DNA of 64,000 bases from Haloarculaceae archaeon (GCA_042216055.1 JBDGUH010000001.1:2213-66212); one strand, 5' to 3'; positions 1 to 9,740 are shown, numbered from the stretch's first letter. Notes: generated by a model not told the origin, from the sequence alone. Made by a program: numbers and translations.

Positions 1-258
1 GTCGTTCGTCACCGTCTAACTCCGTTCTCTCGGTACCCGACTGGTCGCAGCCGATCCGACACCTACCACGGTGACCGGCCAACGACTGCACTTCACGCAC
101 GCGAGCGTCGCATCCGGTTGGAATCGACACTATGAATCCATCAGTGAATCTGACCCCATCGGATAGCGTAGCTTCCCGCAAATGGGCAATATACTCCGTA
201 TAAATGGCCCCATATATACAGATAAGGCTTTTTATCCGTGAATCTGGGTTAGATTGAA

Positions 259-684
259 GTGGCAAGCACGTGTGAACCCGATATGGCCGTCGAGGACGCT
301 GACACCTCGCGAACGCGTGTTCAGACGTACGTGCCGGCATACCAGAAGGAAACCTGGCGCGAACACGCCGACGAACTGGACATGAGCCTGAGCGAATTCG
401 TCAGATCGATGGTACAGGCCGGGAGACAGGGGTTCGATGGCGAGACACGGGCGAATTCCGAGCAAGGCCGTTCGACCCCGTCTTCGAGCGACGACCCCCA
501 GGGGAAACCCCTCGAAGACCGGGTCATCGAGGTTCTCGACGACGGGGGATACTACGACTGGGACGAACTCGTGGCGGAACTCACCGACGGAATCGAAGAA
601 CGACTGGATTCGTCGCTCCGTGACCTCCAGGACGAAGGGCGCGTGACATACAGCGGCCGCAACGGGGGTTACACGCTCAAATGA
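259..684 (+). CDS. Ribbon-helix-helix (CopG-like) DNA-binding protein with C-terminal winged-helix-like domain
   Basis: N-terminal TRVQTYVPAYQKETWREHADELDMSLSEFVRSMVQ fits a beta-alpha-alpha RHH pattern. The C-terminal ~60 aa (VIEVLDDGGYYDWDELV...GRVTYSGRNGGYTL) looks wHTH-like. Its stop overlaps the integrase start (ATGA at 681-684). A TATA-like CTTTTTA lies at 228-234. The start could be GTG 259 or ATG 283. Confidence 0.6.
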   Translation: MASTCEPDMAVEDADTSRTRVQTYVPAYQKETWREHADELDMSLSEFVRSMVQAGRQGFDGETRANSEQGRSTPSSSDDPQGKPLEDRVIEVLDDGGYYDWDELVAELTDGIEERLDSSLRDLQDEGRVTYSGRNGGYTLK

Positions 685-1694
685 GTACCCGAGTCGATAC
701 GAACGCCCGCGAGGACCCGATCGCGTACTTCCTCGAGGACGTGACCTACCACGGGAAGACCGAACGCACGCGCCGGTACTACGAGCGCGTGTTGCGGGAC
801 TTCGAGGCGACGATCGACGTGCCCCTCTCCGAGGCGACCCATCGCCACTGTGTCGCCTACGTGCACGACCTCCGGCGGGACAAGAGCGAGAGCACCGTCG
901 CCACCTACGCGTCGTACCTCCACCGGTTTTACGCGTATATGACCCAGGTGGGTGCGTTCGGCGAGAACCCGATGACGCTGGTGATGGAGGAGATGGACGA
1001 GTCCGTCTCGACGGATCCGACGCGTCGTGACCTCTCGGTCCCCGAGATGCGCGAGTTCGTCGCGAGCCTGGGACATCCGCTCGAACGCGCCGTCGTCGTC
1101 ACACTCCTGAAAACGGGGCTGCGAGCCGGCGAGCTGTGTAATCTCGATCTCAGGGATCTCAATCTCGCAGGGGACGCCGTCAGCACGTCCCCACGGGGGG
1201 AGCTCTCGAACCGCGCCGACGCCCTGTTCGTCTCGGCGGCGCCCGCACGGGGAGAGACGTTCAACGGCGAGGAGCGGACGGCCTCGAACAAGCGCAAGCG
1301 CGACACGACAATCCCGGTCGACGACGAACTCGCCGATGTCCTGCGGTCCTGGCTCGCGATACGGCCGGACGCCCCCTCGCCGGCCGAGCCGTTGTTCGTC
1401 AGCACGCGCGACGGCTGGGGGCAGCGACTGACGCCCGACATGGTCCATCACCTCGTCGAACGACGGGCGCGGGAACGCGGCTGGTATCGCGACGGCGGCG
1501 GCCCGGGGGAGAACGTCACCCCCCACTACTTCCGGCACTTCTTTACGACGCATCTCCGCGATCGGACGGGTGACCGCGGGGTCGTGAAGTACCTCCGCGG
1601 GGACGTCGCCCAGGACGTCATCGACACGTACACCCACGAGTGGGGAAATCGGGTCCGAACCGTCTATCTCGAGAACATCTACGAACTGCGGTGA
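681..1694 (+). CDS. Tyrosine recombinase / phage-type integrase (XerC/D-like)
   Basis: Catalytic signature is present: LKTGLRAGELCNL (Arg), HYFRHFFTTHL (H-x-x-R) and a C-terminal DVIDTYTH (Tyr). The N-terminal SAM-like core-binding region (YYERVLRDFE...HCVAYVHDL) is also recognisable. Confidence 0.85.
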   Translation: MSTRVDTNAREDPIAYFLEDVTYHGKTERTRRYYERVLRDFEATIDVPLSEATHRHCVAYVHDLRRDKSESTVATYASYLHRFYAYMTQVGAFGENPMTLVMEEMDESVSTDPTRRDLSVPEMREFVASLGHPLERAVVVTLLKTGLRAGELCNLDLRDLNLAGDAVSTSPRGELSNRADALFVSAAPARGETFNGEERTASNKRKRDTTIPVDDELADVLRSWLAIRPDAPSPAEPLFVSTRDGWGQRLTPDMVHHLVERRARERGWYRDGGGPGENVTPHYFRHFFTTHLRDRTGDRGVVKYLRGDVAQDVIDTYTHEWGNRVRTVYLENIYELR

Positions 1695-1859
1695 CCGTTC
1701 CGATCGTCGGACAGACGACTCATACATCATATGTCGCTATATTCAATGCGCGGTCCCAGCAGTCCCGAATATGCAGGCTGAAACGGCGATCTGACCCGTC
1801 CTGACGCCTCTACCGACACATCAAAATATTTTCACAGTCGAACTACCAAGAAAATACTT

Positions 1860-3389
1860 GTGTTTTGATGGGTCGGCGAGAGTCCCCGATTACTCTGAAA
1901 ATCGAGATAAAACGAGTGCCGCGGCTACGGGAGGGCGAACCGGAGCGAAGAGTCAGTCACCCCAATCGAAGGAGGTACTCCTCCATACACCCGAGAAACT
2001 CGACGAACTCGATCACGGGATCGGCCGCCGGTTCGATTCCCACGTCCTTCTTCACGCGAAAGTCCACCAATTTCCACATCGAGTACGCCAACGCCGCGAA
2101 GCAGAAGTAGAACAGGTGCAGGCGGAACGACTTGGACTGCGTCGGCGCGAGGAACTTCTTGATCATCTCGTAGCTCTTCTCCTGCTGGCCCCGCCTACTG
2201 TATGGCTCCGTCCTCTCCACCGCCCGCCTCCTGTCGAGTCCGATCTCGTCTCGGACGTCCTTGTTCGTCGCGAACAGCACCGTCTTGTCCGGGTTCTGGA
2301 TGCTCGGCTTTGCGACGATGTTCGTCTTCGCATAGTCCCGTCCGACGCCTTCGATGGGGCCGAAGACGCCGTGATCTTGCTTGACCGCCACCTCGTTCTC
2401 CGTGGTGTCCAGCCAGCGTTTGAAGCGGACGTTCTTCGGGACGGACATCACGTAGTCAGACGGGGTCTCGTTCAGCGACCAGAGCCCGTCCGCCGAAAAG
2501 AAGCCGGCGTCCAGATACACGGTCTCGATCGACACCAGTTCCCGCGCCCGCCAGTACACTTCGCGGACGAGCGTGGCGTACGGGACACCCTTCGGGACGG
2601 GGCGCACAACGATCGGGATGCGGAAGTGCTGACCGACGATGTTCAGCGTGATGAACTTGTAGCACTTCGCGTCGCTGTCCTCGTCCTCCACGCCTTGGAC
2701 GAACTGTCCGGTCGCGTCATCGCCCAACTCCTCGAACATCTCACCGATGTCCTCGGCGGTCTCCTCTATCTTTTTGGGGTCGCCCGGTGCCTCGAGCGAC
2801 ACCATGTCGATGGCGGCCTCGACCGGGCGGTCGAACTCCACGTACTGCTTGATCTGCTCCATCAGCAGTTCGGAGATTTCGTCGTACATACGAACGGTCT
2901 CCGCCGGTTCGAGGTTCCTCGGGTAGAGGCGGAGCGTCTCGCCGACCGGTTTGCGATTCTCGTCCCCGGTCGGATCTGTGGCCAACCTGCAGGCAGCCCG
3001 CGCCGTCTTCCCGTCGGCACTCATCTCCGCCAGTACCTGCAGGAACGTCTCCATCGCGTACGTCGCGTTGTCCGCCCGGTCGAAGTCCCAGACCTCGGCC
3101 GCCATCTCGGCAGCCTCTTTCGCTCCCTCGTTGCGCTTGGACTTCTTGTGGCGGCTCTTGGTGGACGGTGAGGAGTCGCGCTTGTCGTCCGGCTCCAGCG
3201 AGTCCAGTCCCATCGGGTTGCCCTCGTCGTGGGCGATTTCGATGATCCGCTGGGCCTTGCGTTCGATCCAGTCGTTGAGATTCACGTCGATCTCGTCAAA
3301 GTCGAAGCGGTCGGTCTTCGCCCGAACTGAACCCTCTCGGCGATGCGTCCTCGGACGACCCACGAACCATCCCAGCAAGCACTGAAACC
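1860..3389 (-). mobile_element. ISH3-like (IS4 superfamily) insertion sequence; ends not resolved
   Basis: A single long transposase ORF fills the interval. It abuts a cas8b remnant on the right and an AT-richer spacer on the left. I could not identify clean terminal inverted repeats by eye, so the boundaries are approximate. Confidence 0.5.
1957..3378 (-). CDS. ISH3-family / IS4-type DDE transposase
   Basis: Motifs: [31 protein letters not shown] (DDE Asp region) and the C-terminal [17 protein letters not shown] (Y-x2-R-x3-E-x6-K type). The track start is a TTG; the true start may be internal. Confidence 0.8.
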   Translation of the reverse strand: MLGWFVGRPRTHRREGSVRAKTDRFDFDEIDVNLNDWIERKAQRIIEIAHDEGNPMGLDSLEPDDKRDSSPSTKSRHKKSKRNEGAKEAAEMAAEVWDFDRADNATYAMETFLQVLAEMSADGKTARAACRLATDPTGDENRKPVGETLRLYPRNLEPAETVRMYDEISELLMEQIKQYVEFDRPVEAAIDMVSLEAPGDPKKIEETAEDIGEMFEELGDDATGQFVQGVEDEDSDAKCYKFITLNIVGQHFRIPIVVRPVPKGVPYATLVREVYWRARELVSIETVYLDAGFFSADGLWSLNETPSDYVMSVPKNVRFKRWLDTTENEVAVKQDHGVFGPIEGVGRDYAKTNIVAKPSIQNPDKTVLFATNKDVRDEIGLDRRRAVERTEPYSRRGQQEKSYEMIKKFLAPTQSKSFRLHLFYFCFAALAYSMWKLVDFRVKKDVGIEPAADPVIEFVEFLGCMEEYLLRLG

Positions 3390-3860
3390 ATGAGCGATAC
3401 GACCGACTTCAGCGACAGAGACGACCGACTCGCACAGTTCATCGACAACCACCCCGCCCTCGCCGAAGACGAGGAGCGCCGCGCTGCGTTCCTCCTCGGC
3501 GCTCTGGTCGGCCGCGTGGCCGCCTACCAGAGTCGCAACGGCATCTCCCGCACCGTCATCCGCCAGCATCCCATCGACGCAATGACGCGGCGGCGAATCT
3601 CCAGTACGCTCGGCAAGGTGCTGGACAAGAATGCACATTACTCGGACGACGACGAGAAGGCAGGACTACTGATGAACGACCGCTACCTCACGCGGCTGAA
3701 CGACATCGTAAACCGACGGCCGCCGGAGAAGTGGTCGCTCTCGACCGACGACCTCCGGATGCACTACGGCCTCGGCCTCACCTACGGGAAGAACGACGAT
3801 TCGCTCGACGACGCAGACGAGGACGAGGCGGCAGCAACCGAGAAACAGACTGACGACTGA
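3390..3860 (+). CDS. cas8b: Cas8b C-terminal remnant (Cas11b-like small-subunit region) of a type I-B system
   Basis: Lies immediately upstream of cas7-cas5-cas3, where cas8b belongs, but is only 156 aa. The helical [14 protein letters not shown]...[15 protein letters not shown]...[13 protein letters not shown] pattern resembles the Cas8b/Csh1 C-terminal region. It is followed by an acidic tail. The ORF begins 12 nt from the IS. Confidence 0.6.
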   Translation: MSDTTDFSDRDDRLAQFIDNHPALAEDEERRAAFLLGALVGRVAAYQSRNGISRTVIRQHPIDAMTRRRISSTLGKVLDKNAHYSDDDEKAGLLMNDRYLTRLNDIVNRRPPEKWSLSTDDLRMHYGLGLTYGKNDDSLDDADEDEAAATEKQTDD

Positions 3861-3891
3861 CCCCTCCGATCAACCAACCACACCACCAACG

Positions 3892-4926
3892 ATGACAGAG
3901 AACACCGACGATACGATTCAGAACCGCTCCGAAATCGCCTTCGTGATCGACGCCAAGGACACCAACCCCAACGGCGACCCGCTCACCGCCGACAACGAGC
4001 CGCGCATCGACCCCGTCACCGGGCAGTGCGTCGTCACCGACGTCCGACTCAAGCGGTACCTCCGCGACCAGCTCGTGGAGGACGGCCACGTCGTGCTGAT
4101 CGCCAACCCCAACGACGACGTGCTGACCCGCGAGGAGATGTACGACGCCGTCGAGGAGGAAATGGGCGTCAGCACCGAAGACGCGGAACCCGACGAACTC
4201 CTCGAGGCGTTCGTCGAGACCGCCGCCGACGTGCGGTACTTCGGGGCCACCATCTCGCTGGACACGGAGCTGGCAGACGACCTCCCCGACCAGTTCGAGG
4301 GGCCGGTGCAGTTCAACCACGGCCGCAGCTACCACGAGGTCGCCCGCAACACCGAGTCCAAGCAACTCGCCACCGTCATCGCCAACGAGGACGACAACGA
4401 GGAGGACGGCAAGAAGGATCAGGGCACGTTCGCCACGGACAACCGCATCAGCTACGGCGTCATCGGCTTCGGCGGCCGCATCAACGACAACGCCGCCGCG
4501 GACACTCGCCTCAGCGAGGAAGACGTCGAGCGGCTCGACACGCTCTGCTGGCGGGCGCTGAAGAACCAGACCGTCACCCGCTCGAAGGCCGGCCAGCAGC
4601 CCCGTCTCTACGTCCGCGTCGAGTACGAGCGCGACGGCTTCGAGATCGGACGGCTCAACGACCGCATCGGCGTGGCCAGCGACCTGCCCGAGGACGAGAT
4701 CCGGGGCACGGACGACTTCCACCTCGACGTCTCGGAACTCGTGACCGCGCTCGCCGACAACGAGGCCCGAATCGACACCGTCCACGTCACCGCCGACAGC
4801 GCGGTGGACTTCGCGCTCCCCGACGGCGAGACGGGCGACCGCGAGGCCTTCTACGCCGCCCTCGAGGACGCCCTCGGCGCCGAGGTGGTCGACGCCTACG
4901 ACGTGTACGAGCGGTACGCGAACTGA
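3892..4926 (+). CDS. cas7: Type I-B Cascade backbone subunit Cas7 (Csh2 type)
   Basis: N-terminal SEIAFVIDAKDTNPNGDPL...VVTDVRLKRYLRD is the classic Cas7/Csh2 signature. Position in the cas8b-cas7-cas5-cas3 order agrees. Confidence 0.9.
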   Translation: MTENTDDTIQNRSEIAFVIDAKDTNPNGDPLTADNEPRIDPVTGQCVVTDVRLKRYLRDQLVEDGHVVLIANPNDDVLTREEMYDAVEEEMGVSTEDAEPDELLEAFVETAADVRYFGATISLDTELADDLPDQFEGPVQFNHGRSYHEVARNTESKQLATVIANEDDNEEDGKKDQGTFATDNRISYGVIGFGGRINDNAAADTRLSEEDVERLDTLCWRALKNQTVTRSKAGQQPRLYVRVEYERDGFEIGRLNDRIGVASDLPEDEIRGTDDFHLDVSELVTALADNEARIDTVHVTADSAVDFALPDGETGDREAFYAALEDALGAEVVDAYDVYERYAN

Positions 4927-4950
4927 CATCGCCGTCCCATCTCTCCACAT

Positions 4951-5772
4951 ATGACGCAACAAGACCTCACCGACCACGCGTCCGATGGCGGCGACTCGTC
5001 GACCGCCCGGTACGTCCCCGACACCTGCATCGGGTTCGACGTGACCGCCGACTTCGCCCACTTCCGGAAGGTGGGCAACAACAGCGCCAAGCCCAGCTAT
5101 CGCGTCCCGCCGCGGACGACCGTCGCCGGCCTCCTTGCGGGTATCATGGGGATGCCGCGCGACAGCTACTACGACCTGTTCTCGCCATCTTCCTCCGCGG
5201 TCGCGGTCGTCCCGAAGGAGTTGCCCCACACGTACACGATGGGGATTACGACGGTCAACACGAAGGCCGACGACGCCATCCAGTACCTCCCACAGGAGCG
5301 TAGCTGGCACCACGGGGCGGAGATGCTGACCCCCGAGTCCTACGTGAAGTACGACCGCCAGCGCGACACCTACGAGATGCTTGTCGACCCCGTGTACCGC
5401 GTCTACGTCGCACTCGCCGACGAGGATGTCCACGACGAACTGCGGGAACGCCTCGAGGACTCGCGGTACCACTACTCGCCAGCACTCGGCCTCTCCGAGT
5501 GCATCGCGGACATCCGAGACGTGGACACCCACGCCGTCGAATCCACCACCACGGACGCCGTTGACTCCGCCGCGTACGACGACTCCGCGGTCGTTCCCAG
5601 ACCCGGCGTCACGGTCAAGCGCGAGCGGGCACCGCTCTACATGGAGGCGACCGACGGCGGACGACGGACGACCGCGTTCGGCAACATCACGTACGCAACC
5701 GGCGACGACCGCCTTCCTGTGGACGACTCCCGGGCGCACGCGGTCGGCGACCACGAAGTCGTCCTCTACTGA
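4951..5772 (+). CDS. cas5: Type I-B Cas5 (Cas5h type)
   Basis: FDVTADFAHFRKVGNNSAKPSYRVPPRTTVAGLLAGIMG matches the Cas5 N-terminal RAMP motif. Position between cas7 and cas3 agrees. Confidence 0.85.
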   Translation: MTQQDLTDHASDGGDSSTARYVPDTCIGFDVTADFAHFRKVGNNSAKPSYRVPPRTTVAGLLAGIMGMPRDSYYDLFSPSSSAVAVVPKELPHTYTMGITTVNTKADDAIQYLPQERSWHHGAEMLTPESYVKYDRQRDTYEMLVDPVYRVYVALADEDVHDELRERLEDSRYHYSPALGLSECIADIRDVDTHAVESTTTDAVDSAAYDDSAVVPRPGVTVKRERAPLYMEATDGGRRTTAFGNITYATGDDRLPVDDSRAHAVGDHEVVLY

Positions 5773-5782
5773 CACGCGAACC

Positions 5783-8371
5783 ATGACCTTCGAGCAGTAC
5801 ATCTCTCACCCAGCCAAGACCGACGACGGCGAGCCGACATTCCTCATCGGCGATGGGGGCCGGTTCGACGACGAGGGACACCTCCGGACGGTCGCCGACC
5901 GGATGGTCGAGGCCTGCCGCGGGCAGATGCTGGCCGACGGTACGCCGGCGGAGATAGTCGCGGAAGTGGTCGGTCTCACCCACGACTTCGCCAAGCTGAC
6001 CCGCTGGGCTCAGAAGCACCTCCGCGGCGAGCCCTTCCAGCACCCGGACGAGTACCGGTATCACGCCTTCCCGGGCGCCCTCGTCGCCCTCTACTGTCTA
6101 CTGGAGTGCCGCGACGAGGTCGGCGATTACGCGGCCGAGGTGGCCACGCTCGTCGTCGCGGGCCACCACGATACGCAGTCGCCACCGGAGCCGTCCAAGT
6201 TGGCGGAGAACTACGGACGAACCACCGCCGAAGTCCGAGAGACGTACGAGCGCATCAACGAGCAGTTCGACGACATCGGCGACGAGGTGCCGGATCGGGC
6301 CGACCGTGTCATCCGGGCGGCGACCGACGGTGCGGGGTCGTGGGATGACTTCCGCAAGTGGCACGACGACCGCGCGGAACCAATCGACGGCGCCCACGAC
6401 CATCTGGTGTACTTCGCCCGAATGGGAAAGAGAGACGCCGGAGTTGGCTACTACGGTGACGTGGTTCGACTCTGGACGGCACTCAAACTGGCCGACCAGA
6501 CCGCCGCGAGTGGGCTCGAAGACGACGACATCGGCGGGACGCTCCCCGACCGAAAGGCCCTCGACCAACACGTCGACGACCTCGACGAGGGAGAGGGCGT
6601 ACTGGCGGAACTCAACTGCCTCCGCGACCGGGCCCGAAAAGACGCGACGGAGAACGTCGAGGGCCTCGTCGAGTCCGACGACGTGGGCCTGATCACGCTT
6701 CCGACCGGATTCGGCAAGACGTACGCCGGGCTCTCTGCAGGCCTCCGAGCGGCCAACCTCAGCGACAGCAGACTGGTGTACGTCCTTCCCTACACGAGCA
6801 TTCTCGACCAGACCGCGAGCGAGATCCAGTCCGTCTTCGGCGTCAGTCCCTACAGCAAGGCGTTCACCCTCCACCACCACCTCTCGAACACCTACACCGG
6901 CCTCGGCGACCACTACACGGACGCCGACATCGGCCGCTCGCCGGGCGCTCTCCACGCGGAGTCGTGGCTGAGTGGGCTCACCCTTACCACCACCGTCCAG
7001 CTATTCGAGTCGCTCGCCGCCCCGACGGCGCGACAGGCGACCCGCGTGCCGTCTCTCCGCGAGTCCGTCGTCGTGATCGACGAGCCGCAGGCCATCCCCG
7101 AGGACTGGTGGCAGATCGTCCCCGCGCTCGTCGAGCTGCTCGTCGACACCTACGACGCCACCGTGATCCTGATGACGGCGACACAGCCCGGCCTCGTCAA
7201 GTACGGGTCGGACGAACTCACCACGCGAGAACTCACCGACGACACCGACCAGTACACGGACTTCCTCGCCGCCCATCCGAGGGTTACCTACCGACTGCAC
7301 GACACCGTCCGGACAGATCTGGGCGACGAGTACGCGACGCTCGACTATCCCACCGCTGGCGGTCGACTGTCCGAGGCGGCGGAAGACGGACGGGACGCCC
7401 TCGCCGTCTGCAACACGCGGGCGAGTGCCGAAGAACTCTACCGGTACGTCACGCCAATGGCGGGTGTGGGGGAGAAGGAACCGGTCGAACTCGGCCAACT
7501 CCTCCACGAGTACGTGGACGAGACCGGCGAGTTGCCGAGTGCCGTGGAACTTCGGCGACTCGCACTCGATGCCGTGGCCGAGCGGGACGCCGACACCGTC
7601 TACGCGTTCCTCTCGGGCGACGTGCGCCCCGACGACCGCCAACTGCTCATCGACGCCCTCTACGACGATGATGCGGGCGGCGAGGACGACCCCGCCCCGC
7701 TCCTCGACGGCGGCGAGTCGGTCGTCCTCGTCTCCACGAGCGTCGTCGAGGCCGGCGTCGACGTGAGCTTCGACACCGTGTTCCGCGACTACGCGCCCAT
7801 TCCCAACATCGTCCAGTCCGGCGGCCGGTGCAACCGTTCGTTCGGCGGCGAGACCGGCGACGTGGTCGTCTGGCGGCTTGCCGAGCCCGAGGACGGAAAC
7901 GCCATCCCCTCGCTGGTGATTCACGGCGGCGACGGCGGCGACGCCTTGCCGCTCCTCCGAGAGACCGGCCACGTCCTGCGTCATCACGCCGAAGACGGCT
8001 GCATCGACGAGTCGACGATGGTCTCCGACACCGTGGGCGAGTTCTACGAGTCGCTGTTCGACGGGGAGCTGGATCCCGGCGACGAGCGGCTCGCAGACGC
8101 CGTCTCTTCGGCGTCGATGTCCGAGTTGGAGGGCGAACACATGATCGAGGAGATCGAGGACTACGAGGACGTGGTCGCCTGCCTCACCGAGGAGGAGCGT
8201 GCCGACCTGCTCGGCGGCGATCTGGACGCGGGCGACGTCGGAAGGCATCCGGGGGCACAGGTCAACACCGACCCCGACGGGTGGGCAGAGGAAGTCACGG
8301 TCGGAAACTCGCGGTATCTGCTGGTGGACGCCCGAGATTCTTCCTACCACCCCGTGTTCGGCGTTCGATGA
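5783..8371 (+). CDS. cas3: Cas3 HD nuclease / SF2 helicase
   Basis: HD region: LTHDFAKLT, VVAGHHD. Helicase motif I: LPTGFGKTYAG. Motif II: VVVIDEPQ. Later SF2 motifs: LMTATQP, STSVVEAGVD, QSGGRCNR. I chose ATG 5783, in frame with the longer track ORF 5381..8371, because the upstream part overlaps cas5. Confidence 0.85.
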   Translation: MTFEQYISHPAKTDDGEPTFLIGDGGRFDDEGHLRTVADRMVEACRGQMLADGTPAEIVAEVVGLTHDFAKLTRWAQKHLRGEPFQHPDEYRYHAFPGALVALYCLLECRDEVGDYAAEVATLVVAGHHDTQSPPEPSKLAENYGRTTAEVRETYERINEQFDDIGDEVPDRADRVIRAATDGAGSWDDFRKWHDDRAEPIDGAHDHLVYFARMGKRDAGVGYYGDVVRLWTALKLADQTAASGLEDDDIGGTLPDRKALDQHVDDLDEGEGVLAELNCLRDRARKDATENVEGLVESDDVGLITLPTGFGKTYAGLSAGLRAANLSDSRLVYVLPYTSILDQTASEIQSVFGVSPYSKAFTLHHHLSNTYTGLGDHYTDADIGRSPGALHAESWLSGLTLTTTVQLFESLAAPTARQATRVPSLRESVVVIDEPQAIPEDWWQIVPALVELLVDTYDATVILMTATQPGLVKYGSDELTTRELTDDTDQYTDFLAAHPRVTYRLHDTVRTDLGDEYATLDYPTAGGRLSEAAEDGRDALAVCNTRASAEELYRYVTPMAGVGEKEPVELGQLLHEYVDETGELPSAVELRRLALDAVAERDADTVYAFLSGDVRPDDRQLLIDALYDDDAGGEDDPAPLLDGGESVVLVSTSVVEAGVDVSFDTVFRDYAPIPNIVQSGGRCNRSFGGETGDVVVWRLAEPEDGNAIPSLVIHGGDGGDALPLLRETGHVLRHHAEDGCIDESTMVSDTVGEFYESLFDGELDPGDERLADAVSSASMSELEGEHMIEEIEDYEDVVACLTEEERADLLGGDLDAGDVGRHPGAQVNTDPDGWAEEVTVGNSRYLLVDARDSSYHPVFGVR

Positions 8372-8381
8372 GCGGGTTATC

Positions 8382-9092
8382 TCAAATCCTCACCAGTAGC
8401 GGCAAATGATCGCTTGCGTCGATCCAGTCGTCGTACCCGCCGACCGTGACCTCTGTCTCCTGCTCGATTCGGTGGTCGGGTACGAACGCGTAGTCGATGT
8501 GGTAGGGCCGATCCTCCTTCTTGTGCATGTGGAACGTCGCCACCGCCTCCTCGCCGAACTCGTCACCACGCATCGCGTGGTACGCGCTGCGCAGTCCGTT
8601 CTCGTTCAACGCCGCTCGTACGTCGGCGAAGTCGCCGCAGAGCGGACTATTCGGTGACTCGTCCCACATCACGTTCCAATTGAAGTCGCCGGCGACGACC
8701 GTGTCCTCGTCGATTAGTTCGGGGTGGGTTTCGAGGGCGGTGTGGAGTTGTCCGATGTAGCGTTGCCGCGGGTTCTCCTCGTTGGTCATCGCCCACACGG
8801 CGAGAACGTCCACGGCATCGGTTTCGACGTGGAGGAAGTGGTCGGCCTCGGTGATTTCCGTAGTATTCGAGATGGTGATGTCAGCTCGTGTGAAGACACC
8901 GAGGCCCTTGTGCGGGTCGTCGCCAGTCCATCGCCAGTCCGTCCACGCCGACCAGTCGCCCTTCTCCGCGGGATGCTCGCACTCGGGCACGACCGCGATG
9001 TCTGGTTCGAGGTCAAGGAGTTCGTGCTGCTTTCGGCGGAACGCCTGATTGCAGTTCCACGTGGCCAATCGTATCGAAGCGGCCTCCACCAT
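8382..9092 (-). CDS. Endonuclease/exonuclease/phosphatase (EEP, DNase I-like) family protein
   Basis: EEP landmarks: LATWNCN near the N-terminus, VPECE, VVAGDFNW, and C-terminal IDASDHLPLLV. Convergent with cas3, with only 10 nt between the stops. Visibly lower GC than its neighbours. Confidence 0.75.
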   Translation of the reverse strand: MVEAASIRLATWNCNQAFRRKQHELLDLEPDIAVVPECEHPAEKGDWSAWTDWRWTGDDPHKGLGVFTRADITISNTTEITEADHFLHVETDAVDVLAVWAMTNEENPRQRYIGQLHTALETHPELIDEDTVVAGDFNWNVMWDESPNSPLCGDFADVRAALNENGLRSAYHAMRGDEFGEEAVATFHMHKKEDRPYHIDYAFVPDHRIEQETEVTVGGYDDWIDASDHLPLLVRI

Positions 9093-9133
9093 CTAAATGA
9101 ATTGTTCTCCCACAGCTTGGTTTTCAGCCTGCC

Positions 9134-9541
9134 CTATCTCATCTCTGGTAGCTGTGTTCGCATGCCGTTGAGGTACTCCGACTCGTCTGACGGAGGCCAA
9201 TCCGCCGCCTTCGAGAAGAGCTTGTCTGCCATCTCATCAATCTCTTCCAAGATGTCGTCGTTCGGTTCTCCTGACTCATTTTTACGATAGACGTAGTTGA
9301 GCTGGACGAGTTCGCACAGCTGAAACTCAGAGACGTATAGCGAGACGACTCGCCAGTCGCTATACCGAATCTGTTTCAGGTGGTCGTAGCCCGTGTAGTC
9401 CTTCTCGAAAAGCGTTCTAACATCTTCGACCCGCTCCTTCTCCTCCCGGAGGTGATCAATAAGATTCTGTGCGTCGCTCGGGTCGTACTGCTTGGATAAC
9501 TTGTTCAGAAACCCGTCAGAAATGACGTAGCAAATCCGCAT
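9134..9541 (-). CDS. RelE/ParE-superfamily-like toxin candidate with acidic C-terminal extension
   Basis: The pattern ICYVISDGFLNKLSK...(helices)...KQIRYSDWRVVSLYV...LVQLNYVYRKNE resembles the RelE/ParE beta-alpha-alpha-beta-beta-beta core (compare xRxRxGDYRxIYxx...HR). Markedly AT-rich. A small acidic ORF lies 15 nt upstream. Confidence 0.45.
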   Translation of the reverse strand: MRICYVISDGFLNKLSKQYDPSDAQNLIDHLREEKERVEDVRTLFEKDYTGYDHLKQIRYSDWRVVSLYVSEFQLCELVQLNYVYRKNESGEPNDDILEEIDEMADKLFSKAADWPPSDESEYLNGMRTQLPEMR

Positions 9542-9556
9542 TCGACCGTCCAGAGG

Positions 9557-9718
9557 TTACTCCGACAGGCGGTCGTCCGCGTCGTCAAGGGTGTGGAAGT
9601 CTCCGTTCTTGAGTTCTTCAGGGGTGACAACCCAGTCTTCCCCGTCGTACTCATCGGCGTCAAACTCACCCGCCTCGTCGTCCCCCTCGGCATCCGACGA
9701 CCGCGTGGTTTTGCTCAT
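9557..9718 (-). CDS. Small acidic protein (53 aa), antitoxin candidate; below the ORF-track length cut-off
   Basis: Hand translation from ATG 9718: MSKTTRSSDAEGDDEAGEFDADEYDGEDWVVTPEELKNGDFHTLDDADDRLSE, stop TAA at 9557-9559. A palindromic TATA-like ATATATAT at 9741-9750 is centred about 27 nt upstream of the ATG, which fits a leaderless haloarchaeal mRNA. Confidence 0.5.
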   Translation of the reverse strand: MSKTTRSSDAEGDDEAGEFDADEYDGEDWVVTPEELKNGDFHTLDDADDRLSE

Positions 9719-9740
9719 ATCTACCATTCGTGGCCGCGGT

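Noticed and set aside
1-258. Search for a tRNA gene or att site next to the integrase module
   Set aside because: No cloverleaf-compatible sequence or conserved tRNA box was recognisable. Only AT-rich promoter-like sequence is present.
1754-1800. Collinear short matches (TCCCAGCA, CTGAAAC, GCGAT, GACC) between 1754-1800 and 3368-3412, on either side of the IS; also weak inverted similarity between about 1868-1885 and 3345-3365
   Set aside because: The matches are too short and gapped to distinguish from chance by eye. I could not define IS termini or a target-site duplication from them.
3778-5802. 674-aa minus-strand ORF (and the 425-aa plus-strand ORF 4026..5303) overlapping cas7 and cas5
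   Set aside because: Arg/Gly/Val/Asp-rich low-complexity translation, antisense or out of frame to well-supported cas genes. These are typical shadow ORFs of high-GC DNA.
9505-9693. 62-aa minus-strand ORF from the track upstream of the RelE-like gene
   Set aside because: It overlaps the RelE-like start and has a Thr/Arg-rich composition. The alternative 53-aa frame (9557-9718) has a proper ATG, TATA spacing and no overlap.
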